From an uncultured delta proteobacterium (lineage in GTDB: Bacteria > Desulfobacterota > Binatia > Binatales > Binataceae), in NCBI GenBank assembly GCA_963808235.1, contig CAWEEQ010000004.1:2720001-2784000 (forward strand): 64,000 nt of DNA, written 5' to 3'. This document shows positions 36,402-46,706 of this stretch, one piece after another. Numbering within the stretch: position 1 is the first letter of the stretch; each line of letters begins with the position of its first letter. Made by a program: the position numbers and the translations under genes. The notes below the pieces were generated by a model. That model worked only from the letters and a program-made list of their open reading frames with translations, was not told where the DNA came from and did not search any database.

Positions 36402-37832
36402 CTAAACTCCCGCAAGCTTGCGCGCGTAGTCCGCGACGGTTTTGAAATCGTACTCGCGATACGCTTGCAGCTTTTCCGCTTCGAATCCGCCTTCCGCGTG
36501 CACTGCAAGCACTTCCTGGTAGCCGCCGAAATCTGACGAGGTCAAATCTCCGATCAGATTGAGCAGCCGCAGCCGCTTCTCCGCGTCGAAGCCTTTCGCA
36601 CCGCCCATGTACTTGAGCACGTAGGCTCTGGTTGCTTCGCTGGTCAGATCTTCGGCGGCGGGACCGGTGACCAGCAGACCGCCGGCAAGGTCCTGAACTA
36701 TTTGCACCGCCTGATGATAGTTGTGCGCGAAGTGATACTTGGCAACGTTGGTCAGCAGCGTATTGGGCACCGCGACCCCGTCTTCGAGCGTGCAGGTGCG
36801 CGCGGCATGCTCGATAAGTCCGCGCACCGTGGTGTGATACGCGGCGAGATGGGTCAGCTTATCGCGTACATGGCCGGCGCGCGAGATTCCGTTGGCCTCC
36901 GCAATCGCATGGCCCGCACCGGCCATCAGTTCTAGCAACGGCAGTTTGTACGACACGGCGGTGAAGCGATGGAAGCGCACAAAGGTGAGTGCGAGCAATC
37001 CCGCGAAATCGATCTCGCCTTGCAGGAACACGCGCTCGTTGGGCACGAACACGTCGTCGAAGACGGTCAGGGTCTCCATCATTTTGTGGCGGGAGCTGAT
37101 CGGATGCTCGAAATCATTTTTGTGCGAGCTTCCGTGCGGCGACGCGAGCAGCTTCAGCCCCGGCGTGTTGACCGGGATCGCGAACGCGACCGCGTAGTCC
37201 TTGTCCTCGGCGCGCATCGCGCGCGTCGGCAGCACGATCACCTCGTTGGTGTTGGTCGAGACGCTGGTGTGGACCTTTGCGCCGCGCACGACGATTCCGT
37301 CAGGACGCTGCTCGACGATTCGCACGTAGTAATCCGGATGATCCTGCTGGGTCGGCCCAAGTGCGCGATCGCCCTTGACGTCGGTCTGCGCCACGGCGAC
37401 GGCGAGATCGTTGTCGCGGCAGTGGCGATAGTACTTGTTGATGCGGTCGCGATACTCAGGCTTGCCGGCACCGGCAAGCCGCTCGCCAACAATACGCAGC
37501 GCGAGCAGCGCGTCGGTGCCTATTTCCTTGATCAGCACGACCAGGGTCGCGCCCTCGCGGGTCGAGGCCGCGATCAGCGCGCTACGCTTGAGGAGGTCGT
37601 CGCCATTTTTCGGAACATGGTAGTAGCGGCTGTATTCTTCGCCGCCCTCCTTCACGACCGCGAGTTCGCGATACTCCGGATCCTCAGCCATCCGGTAGTC
37701 GAGCGCGGCATGCTCGACTGCGATTCCGATCACCGGATGCGTGGTGACGTCGGCGACTTTTTCGCCCCTGAAATAAACCGCGCGACCGTCGCGCAACGAA
37801 CTCTTGTACTGTTCCGCCGTCCGTAGTCCCAT
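36402..37832 (-). CDS. 4-hydroxyphenylacetate 3-hydroxylase / 4-hydroxybutyryl-CoA dehydratase family flavoprotein
   Basis: AQTDVKGDR, DGIVVRGAKVH and FDDVFVPNERVF. Start ATG 37832. Confidence 0.85.
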   Translation of the reverse strand: MGLRTAEQYKSSLRDGRAVYFRGEKVADVTTHPVIGIAVEHAALDYRMAEDPEYRELAVVKEGGEEYSRYYHVPKNGDDLLKRSALIAASTREGATLVVLIKEIGTDALLALRIVGERLAGAGKPEYRDRINKYYRHCRDNDLAVAVAQTDVKGDRALGPTQQDHPDYYVRIVEQRPDGIVVRGAKVHTSVSTNTNEVIVLPTRAMRAEDKDYAVAFAIPVNTPGLKLLASPHGSSHKNDFEHPISSRHKMMETLTVFDDVFVPNERVFLQGEIDFAGLLALTFVRFHRFTAVSYKLPLLELMAGAGHAIAEANGISRAGHVRDKLTHLAAYHTTVRGLIEHAARTCTLEDGVAVPNTLLTNVAKYHFAHNYHQAVQIVQDLAGGLLVTGPAAEDLTSEATRAYVLKYMGGAKGFDAEKRLRLLNLIGDLTSSDFGGYQEVLAVHAEGGFEAEKLQAYREYDFKTVADYARKLAGV

Positions 37833-37965
37833 CCTTAAGAATAACCTCGACTCAAGATTAATGCCGCTTTGAATCCGCGCCTCATGTGTTCGGTTGCGGC
37901 GGTTGCGAAAGGACAATATAGAAGCGCTGAGTGTTCGCTGTCCAACTGATGGAGGATGACGCGCA

Positions 37966-38742
37966 ATGGCGAGCGCAGGCAAGTTCGACTTGAGCGGCAA
38001 GGTCGCGGTCGTGACGGGCGGCAACGGCGGAATCGGGCGCGGAATTGCACTCGGGCTGGCCGAGGCGGGAGCGTCGGTCGCAGTGCTGGCACGCAACGAG
38101 GAGCGCAATCGCAGTACGGTCGCGGAGCTGAAAAAGATTGGCCGGCCGGCGATGACGCTCAAGCTCGATGTATCGAAACGCAAGCTCCTGAAGCCGACGC
38201 TCGAAGAAGTGGAACGCGGACTCGGCCCGATCGACATCCTGGTCAACAACGCAGCGTTCGCGATTTTGAAAAGTCTGTTCGATCACGACGAAGATGACTG
38301 GGACTCGGTGATGGAGACAAATCTCACGGCGTGTTTCCTGCTTTCGAAATATGCGGCGATGTCGATGATCCCGCGCAAAGCCGGCAAGATAATCAACGTC
38401 GCGAGCATCGGTGGGTACAAAGGCACGCCAATTTATCCTTCTTACGGAGTCAGCAAGGGCGGCCTGCTCCAGCTTTCGCGATGCCTCGCGATCGAGCTGG
38501 CGCCGCACAATATACAAGTCAATTCAATCGCGCCCGGATGGACGACGACCGACATGACCCACTGGATCCGCAACGATCCGAAGTACGCAGCGGTTAAAGA
38601 TGAAATGATCTTGCGGACGCCGGCGGGACGCTTCGCGGAGCCGTCGGAGATTGCGGGGGCGGCGGTGTTCCTGGCGTCGCAAGCGTCGGATTTCGTCACC
38701 GGCGCCGATATTATCGTCGATGGCGGTTTCTTCATCCGCTGA
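37966..38742 (+). CDS. Short-chain dehydrogenase (KduD/FabG-like)
   Basis: TGGNGGIG, NNA and YGVSK. Confidence 0.92.
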   Translation: MASAGKFDLSGKVAVVTGGNGGIGRGIALGLAEAGASVAVLARNEERNRSTVAELKKIGRPAMTLKLDVSKRKLLKPTLEEVERGLGPIDILVNNAAFAILKSLFDHDEDDWDSVMETNLTACFLLSKYAAMSMIPRKAGKIINVASIGGYKGTPIYPSYGVSKGGLLQLSRCLAIELAPHNIQVNSIAPGWTTTDMTHWIRNDPKYAAVKDEMILRTPAGRFAEPSEIAGAAVFLASQASDFVTGADIIVDGGFFIR

Positions 38743-38766
38743 AAACGGTCGGAGACGCATTCAAAA

Positions 38767-39531
38767 ATGGCAGCGCCAAAAATGTTCGACTTGAGCGGTG
38801 AGGTTGCCGTCGTTACCGGCGGCAACGGCGGAATCGGGCGTGGAATCGCTCTCGGTCTCGCGGAGGCAGGAGCGTCGGTCGCGATCCTCGCGCGCAACCA
38901 GGAGAAAAACAGCGCGGTGCTGGCGGAGATCGAAAAACTCGGCGCCAGGGGAATCGCGGTGCAGCTCGACGTGACCAATCGTGACGCGCTGCGGCCGGCG
39001 ATGGAAACCGTCGAGCGCGAACTGGGGCCGATTTCGATCCTGATCAACAACGCGGGAATCACGGTAATCCGCAGCGCGTTGAAATTCAGGGCCGAGGATT
39101 GGGACCGGGTCATCGAGACCAATCTCAATTCGTGCTTTTTCCTGTCGCAGATCGCGGCGCGATCGATGATGACCCGCAAGCGCGGCAAAATTATCAACAT
39201 CGCGAGCGAGTACTCGCGATTCGGCGCGCAAAGCGGAATTCCCTATGCGGCGGCAAAAGGCGGGCTGGTGCAAACCACCAAGACGATGGCGATTGAACTG
39301 GCGCCGCACAATATCCAGGTCAACGCGATCGTGCCGGGATGGATCGAAACTGACCTGACGATTCCGGCGCAGAGTGGCCCCTTCTTCGACGAGATAATCA
39401 TGCGCACGCCGGCGAAACGTTTCGGCAAGCCCGAGGAGATGGCTGGCAGCGCAATGTTCCTCGCCTCGCACGCGTCGGACTTCGTGACCGGTTCGATCGT
39501 TTACGTGGACGGCGGTTACGCAATCAGGTGA
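38767..39531 (+). CDS. Short-chain dehydrogenase, tandem paralogue of the preceding gene
   Basis: TGGNGGIG, NNAG and YAAAK. Shares the N-terminus FDLSG.VAVVTGGNGGIGRGIALGLAEAGASVA with the previous gene. Confidence 0.92.
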   Translation: MAAPKMFDLSGEVAVVTGGNGGIGRGIALGLAEAGASVAILARNQEKNSAVLAEIEKLGARGIAVQLDVTNRDALRPAMETVERELGPISILINNAGITVIRSALKFRAEDWDRVIETNLNSCFFLSQIAARSMMTRKRGKIINIASEYSRFGAQSGIPYAAAKGGLVQTTKTMAIELAPHNIQVNAIVPGWIETDLTIPAQSGPFFDEIIMRTPAKRFGKPEEMAGSAMFLASHASDFVTGSIVYVDGGYAIR

Positions 39532-39583
39532 GTCTTGTCGATCTGTTTAACCAGGAGCGCGCCGCAACATAAGATGCCGCATT

Positions 39584-41107
39584 ATGGCTCGACGCAAAAA
39601 TCGCGCATCGGCGCATCCTGAACCGCCGCCTCACGACTTAAGCCTGCCGGCGCTGAAGCCTCTGCGGGTGCTGGTCGCAGGCGAGGTGATTCTGGATCGT
39701 TACATCTGGGGTGATGTCGCGCGGATATCACCCGAGGCGCCGATTCCGATTCTGCGCGTGCAGCGGCGCGAGGAGAAGCCGGGCAACGCCGGATTCGTGA
39801 TGGCGAATCTGCGCGCCCTCGGCGCCGACGTGATCGCACTCAGCGTGGTCGGCGCGGATCGCAACGGACGGATGCTGCGCGAGATTTTCGCCGACTTGGG
39901 AATCGCAACCCGCTCGATTCTGACCGACCCCGATCGTCCAACAATCGTGAAAGACCGGATGCTCGGCAGCGTGCAGGCGGCTCATCGCGCGACTCAGCAA
40001 CTGCTCCGGATCGATGAGGAAGATCCGCAGCCGCTCAAGCCCGCGCGCGAGCGCGAGCTGATTGCGCGGCTGAAGTCGGCCTTGCGCGAGTGCGATGGCG
40101 TGCTGGTTTCCGATATCGACAAGGGGATGCTCACGCCGGCGGTGCTACGGGCGCTTATCGACGGCGGACGGGCACGCGGTATTCCGGTGATAATCGATCC
40201 GCGCCGCACCGATGACTTCTCGATCTATCGCGGCGCCACTGCGCTCACGCCCAATCGGCACGAGACCGAAATTGCGACCGGGATGCGGCTGACGGATCGC
40301 GGCGCATGGCGGCTGGCGGCCGAGACGTTGGTGCGCAAGCTCGATCTTGACGCCTGCCTGATAACACTCGATCGCGACGGGATGTATCTCGCGGAGCGGG
40401 GTGGACGCGACACTTACGTGCCGACCGCGCCGCGCGAGGTCTACGACGTGACCGGCGCGGGCGACGTGGTGATGAGCGTGTTCGGGCTGTTTACGATCGC
40501 GGGACTCGGATTTTCCTCGGCGGCGACGATTGCAAACCTGGCGGCGAGTATCGAAGTCACCCGAATCGGCACCGAGGTGATCACGCGCGAGGATCTGGCG
40601 CGCGCACTGTCGCCGGGGCATGACACCTACGAGCGCAAAATTCATTCGGTCGAGGAGCTCAGGACGGCGCTCGATCGCGAGCGGCGCGCGGGACGGCGGA
40701 TTGCGTTTACCAACGGATGCTTCGACTTGCTGCACGCGGGGCATATCCAGATCCTCGCGTTCGCACGCGCGCAAGGAGATCTGCTGGTGGTCGGTCTCAA
40801 CAGCGATCGCAGCGTACACGCGTTGAAGGGCGACTCGCGTCCGATCTATCCGGCCGCGGAACGCGCGCGGATCCTGGCCGCTCTGGAAGCTGTTGATTAC
40901 GTGGTGGTCTTCGACGAAACGCGCGCCGAGAAAATTATCCGCGCGGTCAAGCCGGACGTGCTGATCAAGGGCGAGGACTGGCGTGACAAGCGGGTCGACG
41001 GGCAGGCATTCGTCGAGGCGCGCGGCGGTCGAGTTGCGCTCGCGCCGTTGCTGGGCGGACGCAGCACCAGCGCGACTATCGATCGGATGAGTTCGGGGAA
41101 GAGTTAA
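39584..41107 (+). CDS. hldE: Bifunctional heptose-7-phosphate kinase / heptose-1-phosphate adenylyltransferase
   Basis: RISPEAPIP, DVTGAGD, FTNGCFDLLHAGH and GLNSD. Confidence 0.93.
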   Translation: MARRKNRASAHPEPPPHDLSLPALKPLRVLVAGEVILDRYIWGDVARISPEAPIPILRVQRREEKPGNAGFVMANLRALGADVIALSVVGADRNGRMLREIFADLGIATRSILTDPDRPTIVKDRMLGSVQAAHRATQQLLRIDEEDPQPLKPARERELIARLKSALRECDGVLVSDIDKGMLTPAVLRALIDGGRARGIPVIIDPRRTDDFSIYRGATALTPNRHETEIATGMRLTDRGAWRLAAETLVRKLDLDACLITLDRDGMYLAERGGRDTYVPTAPREVYDVTGAGDVVMSVFGLFTIAGLGFSSAATIANLAASIEVTRIGTEVITREDLARALSPGHDTYERKIHSVEELRTALDRERRAGRRIAFTNGCFDLLHAGHIQILAFARAQGDLLVVGLNSDRSVHALKGDSRPIYPAAERARILAALEAVDYVVVFDETRAEKIIRAVKPDVLIKGEDWRDKRVDGQAFVEARGGRVALAPLLGGRSTSATIDRMSSGKS

Positions 41108-42765
41108 AAGTTCCGCGGGGAAAAACGGCGCCAAATCTGATCGGTGAATTGAGTCAATTCCGGCATCCCAAGTATCCAGGCTCCGGCCAGGTAGAGTCCG
41201 CCGTAAACCGAAAGTACGGTCAGCCCCTGAATTCGCGGTCCGAACCCTGCCATCTCGAGTTTCAGAAAAAATGCGATTGCCGCGGCGCCGATCGCGAGTG
41301 ACCAGAGTTGCGCGAGATAAGAACGGCCAAGGCCCGTCCATCCGACGCGCCGATTCAACGCGAATCGCAACAGCGCAAATTCGACCCATCCCGCAATTCC
41401 TGCTGATACGGTAAGGCCCGCGACGCCCCACTTCTGCGCGATTCCAAGTAGCGGCGGCAACGGAAGCGCGCACAGGTAGCCAAGCACCAGGGTCAGCGCG
41501 ACGCGGATCAGCGCGAACCGAAGCGGCGTGCGGGTATCGAACAGCGCGTAGAAGGCGGAGTTGTAAAGCCGGCCCATCGTGGCGGCAAGCAGTCCGACCC
41601 CGGAACCCGCAAGCACCGCCCAGACGTAGATTGCGTCGGTATGCGTGAACGCCCCCGATTGGTAAATGAGCGCGACGATCACGTCGCCCAGAATCACGAA
41701 CGCCGCCGACGACGGGACCACCAGGAATGCAATTTGGCGCAGCCCCCGATTGAGCCGCGTGCGAAGTATCGCGCTCATCTGCTCGGGCATCGCGCCAGCG
41801 GCACGAGACATTGTGGGCAACTCGGACGCCGCCACCGAGTAGCCGAACAGGCTGATCGGCATCATATAAAGCAACTGCCCGTAATTGAGCGCCGCGACCG
41901 CGCCGGTAGGAAGCAAGCTTGCCAGGATGTTGTCCACGTAGGTGCTCAAGTTGACTACGCCGCGGCTGATCACCACTGGAGTCAGATTGTTGAAGACCGA
42001 TCTCAGCGGAGCGGCGACGCGAGCGAAATCGATGCGATGCTTCCTCAGCAGCGCGAGCGTTTGCGGAACCTGCACCAGAATCTGCAATAGCGAACCGACT
42101 ACCGACGCCCACGAGATCGCGATCGCAAGGCCGTCCTGCGAGCGGCGCGGCCCGTAGTAAAGGAGTGCCGCGATCATCGCGATGTTCCACGCGACTGGCG
42201 CCGTGTAGGAAACCAGGAATTTGTGATGACTGTTCAGTACGCCGAGGAACCACGCCGACATCACCAGCAATCCCGCGCCGGGAAAAAGAATCCGCACGAT
42301 CTGAATCGTCAAGTCGCGCTTGTCGCCCTCGAAGCCGGGCGCGATCACGTCGATCAGATAGGGCGTGACCAGCACGCCGATCGCGACCAGGATCGAGACG
42401 CCCAGCGTCAGGATCGCACCGACGCCCCATGCCAGCATGTCGGCTGTTTCGTCGTCGCCCTCGCCAAGCAGCTTTCCATAAACCGGGATGAACGACGCGG
42501 AGAGGACGCCTTCGCCGAACAGGTTCTGGAGGATGTTGGGAATGCGGAAGCCGGCTTTAAAGGCGTCGGCGGTGGCGGAGTTGCCGAGAAAGTGCGCGAA
42601 GATGCTGTCGCGAATGAGACCGGCGATCCGGCTCAGCAATACGCCTACTGCAATCGTGCCGGCGCTGCTCGCGCCGGAACCGGCAACGGCGACCGTCGCG
42701 GACGAGGCGCGCGTGGATGCGCCCTCTTCTGCGCGGTCCGGGCGATTGGGTGCAATTTCGGACAA
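41104..42765 (-). CDS. murJ: Lipid II flippase
   Basis: LSRIAGLIRD, FRIPNILQNLFGEGVLSASFIP and FYALFDTRTP. Start (TTG 42765 after AGAGG) inferred. Confidence 0.93.
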   Translation of the reverse strand: MSEIAPNRPDRAEEGASTRASSATVAVAGSGASSAGTIAVGVLLSRIAGLIRDSIFAHFLGNSATADAFKAGFRIPNILQNLFGEGVLSASFIPVYGKLLGEGDDETADMLAWGVGAILTLGVSILVAIGVLVTPYLIDVIAPGFEGDKRDLTIQIVRILFPGAGLLVMSAWFLGVLNSHHKFLVSYTAPVAWNIAMIAALLYYGPRRSQDGLAIAISWASVVGSLLQILVQVPQTLALLRKHRIDFARVAAPLRSVFNNLTPVVISRGVVNLSTYVDNILASLLPTGAVAALNYGQLLYMMPISLFGYSVAASELPTMSRAAGAMPEQMSAILRTRLNRGLRQIAFLVVPSSAAFVILGDVIVALIYQSGAFTHTDAIYVWAVLAGSGVGLLAATMGRLYNSAFYALFDTRTPLRFALIRVALTLVLGYLCALPLPPLLGIAQKWGVAGLTVSAGIAGWVEFALLRFALNRRVGWTGLGRSYLAQLWSLAIGAAAIAFFLKLEMAGFGPRIQGLTVLSVYGGLYLAGAWILGMPELTQFTDQIWRRFSPRNF

Positions 42766-42895
42766 GGTTCCTCTGGCCAAGAAAGTATAGCGACCGACTA
42801 GGGCGGGTAGTAGCGGGCCTCGCGCGCGTGGCAAAAGTGCGCCGTGCGACTTAAGATGAACGGAATCGGCGCGATTCATCCGCGCTACAACTCCG

Positions 42896-43678
42896 ATGGC
42901 ATTTGAAAATATCCGATGCGAGCGAGAGGACGGCGTCGCCACCGTCATGATCGACCGGCCCGACGCGCGCAACGCTCTGAGCAGCGCGACGATCGCCGAG
43001 CTCAACACCGCATTTTCAGAGATCGCCAAAGATAATGACGTTCGCGTCGCCATCTTGCGCGGCGCCGGCGACGTCGCTTTCTGTGCGGGCGCCGATCTGA
43101 AGGAAGTCGCAACGCTCGGCGATTTGCCGGCGCGTCGACGGTACTTCGGCGGAGTCGCCAAGTTGCTCGAGACGATTCATCGAATGCCACAGCCGGTGAT
43201 TGCGCGCGTCGCGGGATTCGCGCTGGCAGGCGGGATGGGCCTCGCGACCGGATGCGACTTCGCGATCGCCGCCGACAATGCTGAGTTCGGATTGCCGGAA
43301 ATCACGCTTGGATTGTTTCCGATGGTCGTGATGGCGCCGATCTTGAGGCTATGCGGACCGCGCGCGGCGGTTGCACTCGCGCTTGGCGGCGAGAGGATCG
43401 ACGCGCGGCGCGCGCTGGACCTCAATCTGATCACGAAGCTCGTGCCGCTGTCGCAACTCGACTCCGAAGTGCGGCGCCTCGCTCGGCGCCTGAAGGGTCA
43501 TAGCGCGTTGGTGATGGCGCTCGGCAAGCAGGCGATCTACAACTCCGCCGCGATGGATTATGTGAGCGCGCTTACTTATCTGAAGGAGATGGTCGCGATG
43601 GTGGCGGGCAGCGAGGACCTTGCCGAGGGCGTGAATGCGTTCTTCGCGAAGCGAGCGCCGGTGTTCAAAGGGCGCTAG
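42896..43678 (+). CDS. Enoyl-CoA hydratase/isomerase family protein
   Basis: DRPDARNALS, FCAGADL and FGLPEITLG. Confidence 0.92.
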   Translation: MAFENIRCEREDGVATVMIDRPDARNALSSATIAELNTAFSEIAKDNDVRVAILRGAGDVAFCAGADLKEVATLGDLPARRRYFGGVAKLLETIHRMPQPVIARVAGFALAGGMGLATGCDFAIAADNAEFGLPEITLGLFPMVVMAPILRLCGPRAAVALALGGERIDARRALDLNLITKLVPLSQLDSEVRRLARRLKGHSALVMALGKQAIYNSAAMDYVSALTYLKEMVAMVAGSEDLAEGVNAFFAKRAPVFKGR

Positions 43679-43687
43679 TATCGTGCT

Positions 43688-44836
43688 GTGAGTTTTTCCC
43701 TCTACGTACATATTCCGTGGTGCCAATCGAAATGCCCGTACTGCGACTTCAATTCGCACGCCGCATCGTCGTGGCCGGAGGGTGATTACACTCACGCGCT
43801 GATTTCTGAGCTGACCCGTCGCGTCGGCGCCGCTCCGTATTCGGGCGAACGTATCAAGACAATCTTCTTTGGCGGCGGCACTCCGTCGTTGTTCGATCCG
43901 AAATCAATCGGCGCGATTATCGATGCCGCGAATCGACTCTGCGGAATCGAATCTGACGCCGAAATCACACTCGAGGCGAATCCGGGCACGGTGGACGCGG
44001 CCAAACTCGCCGGGATGCGTGCGGCTGGAGTGAATCGGATAAGTTTCGGCGCGCAGTCGTTCAATCCCGCGACGCTCAAGTTCCTCGGCCGGATTCATTC
44101 GGCGGATGAAACTCGTGCGGCTGCAAAGATGGCGCATCGCGCAGGTTTCGATCGGCTCAATCTCGACTTGATCTTCGCGGTTCCCGGACAGACCGTCGCC
44201 GACGTTCTCTTCGATATCGAATCCGTGGCGGCGCTCGAGCCCGATCATATCTCGGCCTATAACCTGACCTTCGAGGAAGGCACCGCGTTCTTCACCGATT
44301 TGAAGCGCGGCAAGATCAAGCAGCTCCCGAGTGACGAGCAAGCCGCAATGTATCAAACAGTGCGCGAGGAAATTCCGCAACGCGGCTATCCGATGTACGA
44401 AATCTCGAACTACGCCGCCCCTGGCCATGAAGCGCGGCACAATCTCACTTATTGGCGCGGCGAGAACTATCTCGGAATCGGCGCCGGTGCGCACAGTTTC
44501 GCACGGTCAGAGTCCGGCGGGCGGCGATGGTGGAACGAGAAATTTCCGGCGCGCTACATCGCGGCGATTGAAGAACAATCGATTGCGGAGTCTGGCGCCG
44601 AGACTATCGACGAGGCCACCGCGCAAAGTGAATTCGTGTTCCTGAATCTTCGCCTGCGCAAAGGATTCGCACTCGCCGATTTTCACGCTCGCTTCGGCCG
44701 CAACTTCGAATGCATCTTCGGCAGGGTCGCCACCCCGCTCGTCAACAATGGCCTGCTGACGATCGACCGCGGCCGTATCTCCCTCACCGACCGCGGCCTC
44801 GAAATGGCCGACTCTGTTTTCGCCGAATTCGTTTAG
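43688..44836 (+). CDS. hemW: Radical SAM heme chaperone
   Basis: YVHIPWCQSKCPYCDFNS, FFGGGTPS, YEISNY and HNLTYW. Confidence 0.93.
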   Translation: MSFSLYVHIPWCQSKCPYCDFNSHAASSWPEGDYTHALISELTRRVGAAPYSGERIKTIFFGGGTPSLFDPKSIGAIIDAANRLCGIESDAEITLEANPGTVDAAKLAGMRAAGVNRISFGAQSFNPATLKFLGRIHSADETRAAAKMAHRAGFDRLNLDLIFAVPGQTVADVLFDIESVAALEPDHISAYNLTFEEGTAFFTDLKRGKIKQLPSDEQAAMYQTVREEIPQRGYPMYEISNYAAPGHEARHNLTYWRGENYLGIGAGAHSFARSESGGRRWWNEKFPARYIAAIEEQSIAESGAETIDEATAQSEFVFLNLRLRKGFALADFHARFGRNFECIFGRVATPLVNNGLLTIDRGRISLTDRGLEMADSVFAEFV

Positions 44837-46458
44837 GCATCGCGCGCGATCGAAGCGTCGAGCAATTCGGCCACGCGTGCAGGAGTCGCGAGCTTGATGA
44901 ATGCGCCCAGGCGCGGGCCGCGCTCCTGGCCGAGGATCGAGCGGTACATCAGCGGGAAGATCTTGCCGGGCTTGTCATAGTTCTCGCGGCCGAGGTCGTA
45001 GATTTTCTTTTCGATCTCTTCGGCGCTCGCGCCAGGATTCGCGGCCAGGTACGTGCGTAGATTTTTCAATTGCTCGCGCTCCGGTTCCGACGGCACATAA
45101 GGTTTCTTGGTCGGCTCGATAAAGTCGCGGTAGAAATTCAAGGTGCATTCCACCAGCGCTCGGCCCATCGCCTCGGTTTCCGGATCGCCCGCGATCGCAG
45201 CGTCGTAGCGGGTCAAATAGTTCCAGATGAAATCGCGATCGTCCGTGCCGAGCGTCGCCACCAGGTTCATCATCATCCCGAAGCTGAGCTCCGAGTTGAA
45301 CCGCCGCGGAGTCGTGCTCTGTAGCACGTATTCGAGCGGCGAGGCGCGCCGCTTTTCCTCCGACGCCGCAGCGTACTCGCGGATTGCGTCGAGGAATTCA
45401 TCTACGTAGGTGGGAATGGAGCCGAGGAAGAGCTTGCGCGCGCGGCGCGGATTCTGCAGCAGGAACATCTTGAGCACTTCGATCGGCGCATAGCGGGTCC
45501 ACTGATCGACCGTCACGCCGCGGCCGACCGACTTCGAAACCTTGTGTCCTTCTTCATCGAGAAACATCTCGAACGGAAAGCCGAGTGGTGGATTTCCGCT
45601 GAGGACCCGCAGAATCTGTCCCGACAGGCGCGCCGAGTCGGTAAGGTCCTTGCCGTAGAGCTCGTAGTCGACCTTGAGCGCGTACCATCGTAGCGCCCAG
45701 TCGACTTTCCATTGCACCTTCGCCATCCCGCCGAGCACGGATTGTTCGCCACTGAAACCGCATCCTGAAGAATCGCCGGCGCTCCTCTCGCAAATGAACT
45801 CAACGGTCGAGCGATCAGGATGATAAGCGGTAACGGCGCGCTCGACGACGAGGCCGCACTTCGGGCAGATCGGCATAAACGGCGACCATCCTGCACGATT
45901 CTCCTCGCGCAAAGTCGGCGTCACGATCGCGATGATCTCGCCATGCCTGGCCAGGATGAGTTTGAGCGCTTCGTCGAAGCTCCCGCTCGCGTACATCTCG
46001 GACGCGCGCATCAGCTCGTACTCGACCTCGATCGGCGCGAGGAATTCGCCGAGCAGACTCACCATGTGCTCGGCGAAACTCGGGTGGCACTCGCCGAACG
46101 GATCGGGAATCTTCGACACCGGCTGGCCCAGATATTGAGAAGTCGTTTCGCGATTCGGAATGTTCTCCGGCACCTTCCGCAGCCCGTCCATGTCATCGAT
46201 AAAGACGACCAGCCGCGACGGCCGTGCGGGCTCGAGCTGCGCGAACGCTTTCTGCACGTAGGCGGGCCGCACGATCTCACACATGGTGCCCAGATGAGGA
46301 AGTCCCGAGGGCCCGAAGCCGCTCTCGAAGACTACCGGCCGCGCCGTCTCATATGATGCGACGCGCTCTGCAAGCCGGCGTGCTTCTTCGCGCGGCCAAA
46401 GCTCCGAGGCTTGCGCATTGGAGCTGCTCGATTTGTCGGACGCACCCGGCATGTTCAA
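44833..46458 (-). CDS. lysS: Lysyl-tRNA synthetase, class I
   Basis: FESGFGPSGLPHLGT (HIGH-like), DDMDGLRKVP, WKVDWALRW, KVSKSVG (KMSKS-like) and GPRLG. Confidence 0.93.
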   Translation of the reverse strand: MNMPGASDKSSSSNAQASELWPREEARRLAERVASYETARPVVFESGFGPSGLPHLGTMCEIVRPAYVQKAFAQLEPARPSRLVVFIDDMDGLRKVPENIPNRETTSQYLGQPVSKIPDPFGECHPSFAEHMVSLLGEFLAPIEVEYELMRASEMYASGSFDEALKLILARHGEIIAIVTPTLREENRAGWSPFMPICPKCGLVVERAVTAYHPDRSTVEFICERSAGDSSGCGFSGEQSVLGGMAKVQWKVDWALRWYALKVDYELYGKDLTDSARLSGQILRVLSGNPPLGFPFEMFLDEEGHKVSKSVGRGVTVDQWTRYAPIEVLKMFLLQNPRRARKLFLGSIPTYVDEFLDAIREYAAASEEKRRASPLEYVLQSTTPRRFNSELSFGMMMNLVATLGTDDRDFIWNYLTRYDAAIAGDPETEAMGRALVECTLNFYRDFIEPTKKPYVPSEPEREQLKNLRTYLAANPGASAEEIEKKIYDLGRENYDKPGKIFPLMYRSILGQERGPRLGAFIKLATPARVAELLDASIARDA

Positions 46459-46706
46459 TTGTCCGGCTTATCGGGATTCTTGCCGCGGAGCACGTTGGCG
46501 ACCGCCTCATGAAGCCACGGATCGATTTGCAGGTCGCGATTTTTTTCCGAGGTAACACGCAGCCTAACCGCGCAATTGGCGCAGATAAAGGCCTCCTGGC
46601 GGAAGCCGGCGGCGTCCTCGACCGCCAGCCGGAGCAGCCACTCCGAGAAGGGGCGGCGGCAAATCGCGCAGTTATACCTGGTCGAATGGGAGTCGGAGGA
46701 ATCCAT
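46455..46706 (-). CDS. Small putative Zn-binding protein
   Basis: CAIC...CANC. Its stop overlaps the TTG start of the LysRS ORF. Confidence 0.5.
   Translation of the reverse strand: MDSSDSHSTRYNCAICRRPFSEWLLRLAVEDAAGFRQEAFICANCAVRLRVTSEKNRDLQIDPWLHEAVANVLRGKNPDKPDN

Noticed and set aside
40145-42430. Long antisense or alternative-frame ORFs (761 aa here, also 54111-55574, 30892-32034, 15207-16244 and others)
   Set aside because: These are shadow ORFs typical of GC-rich DNA. They overlap well-supported genes and carry no motifs.
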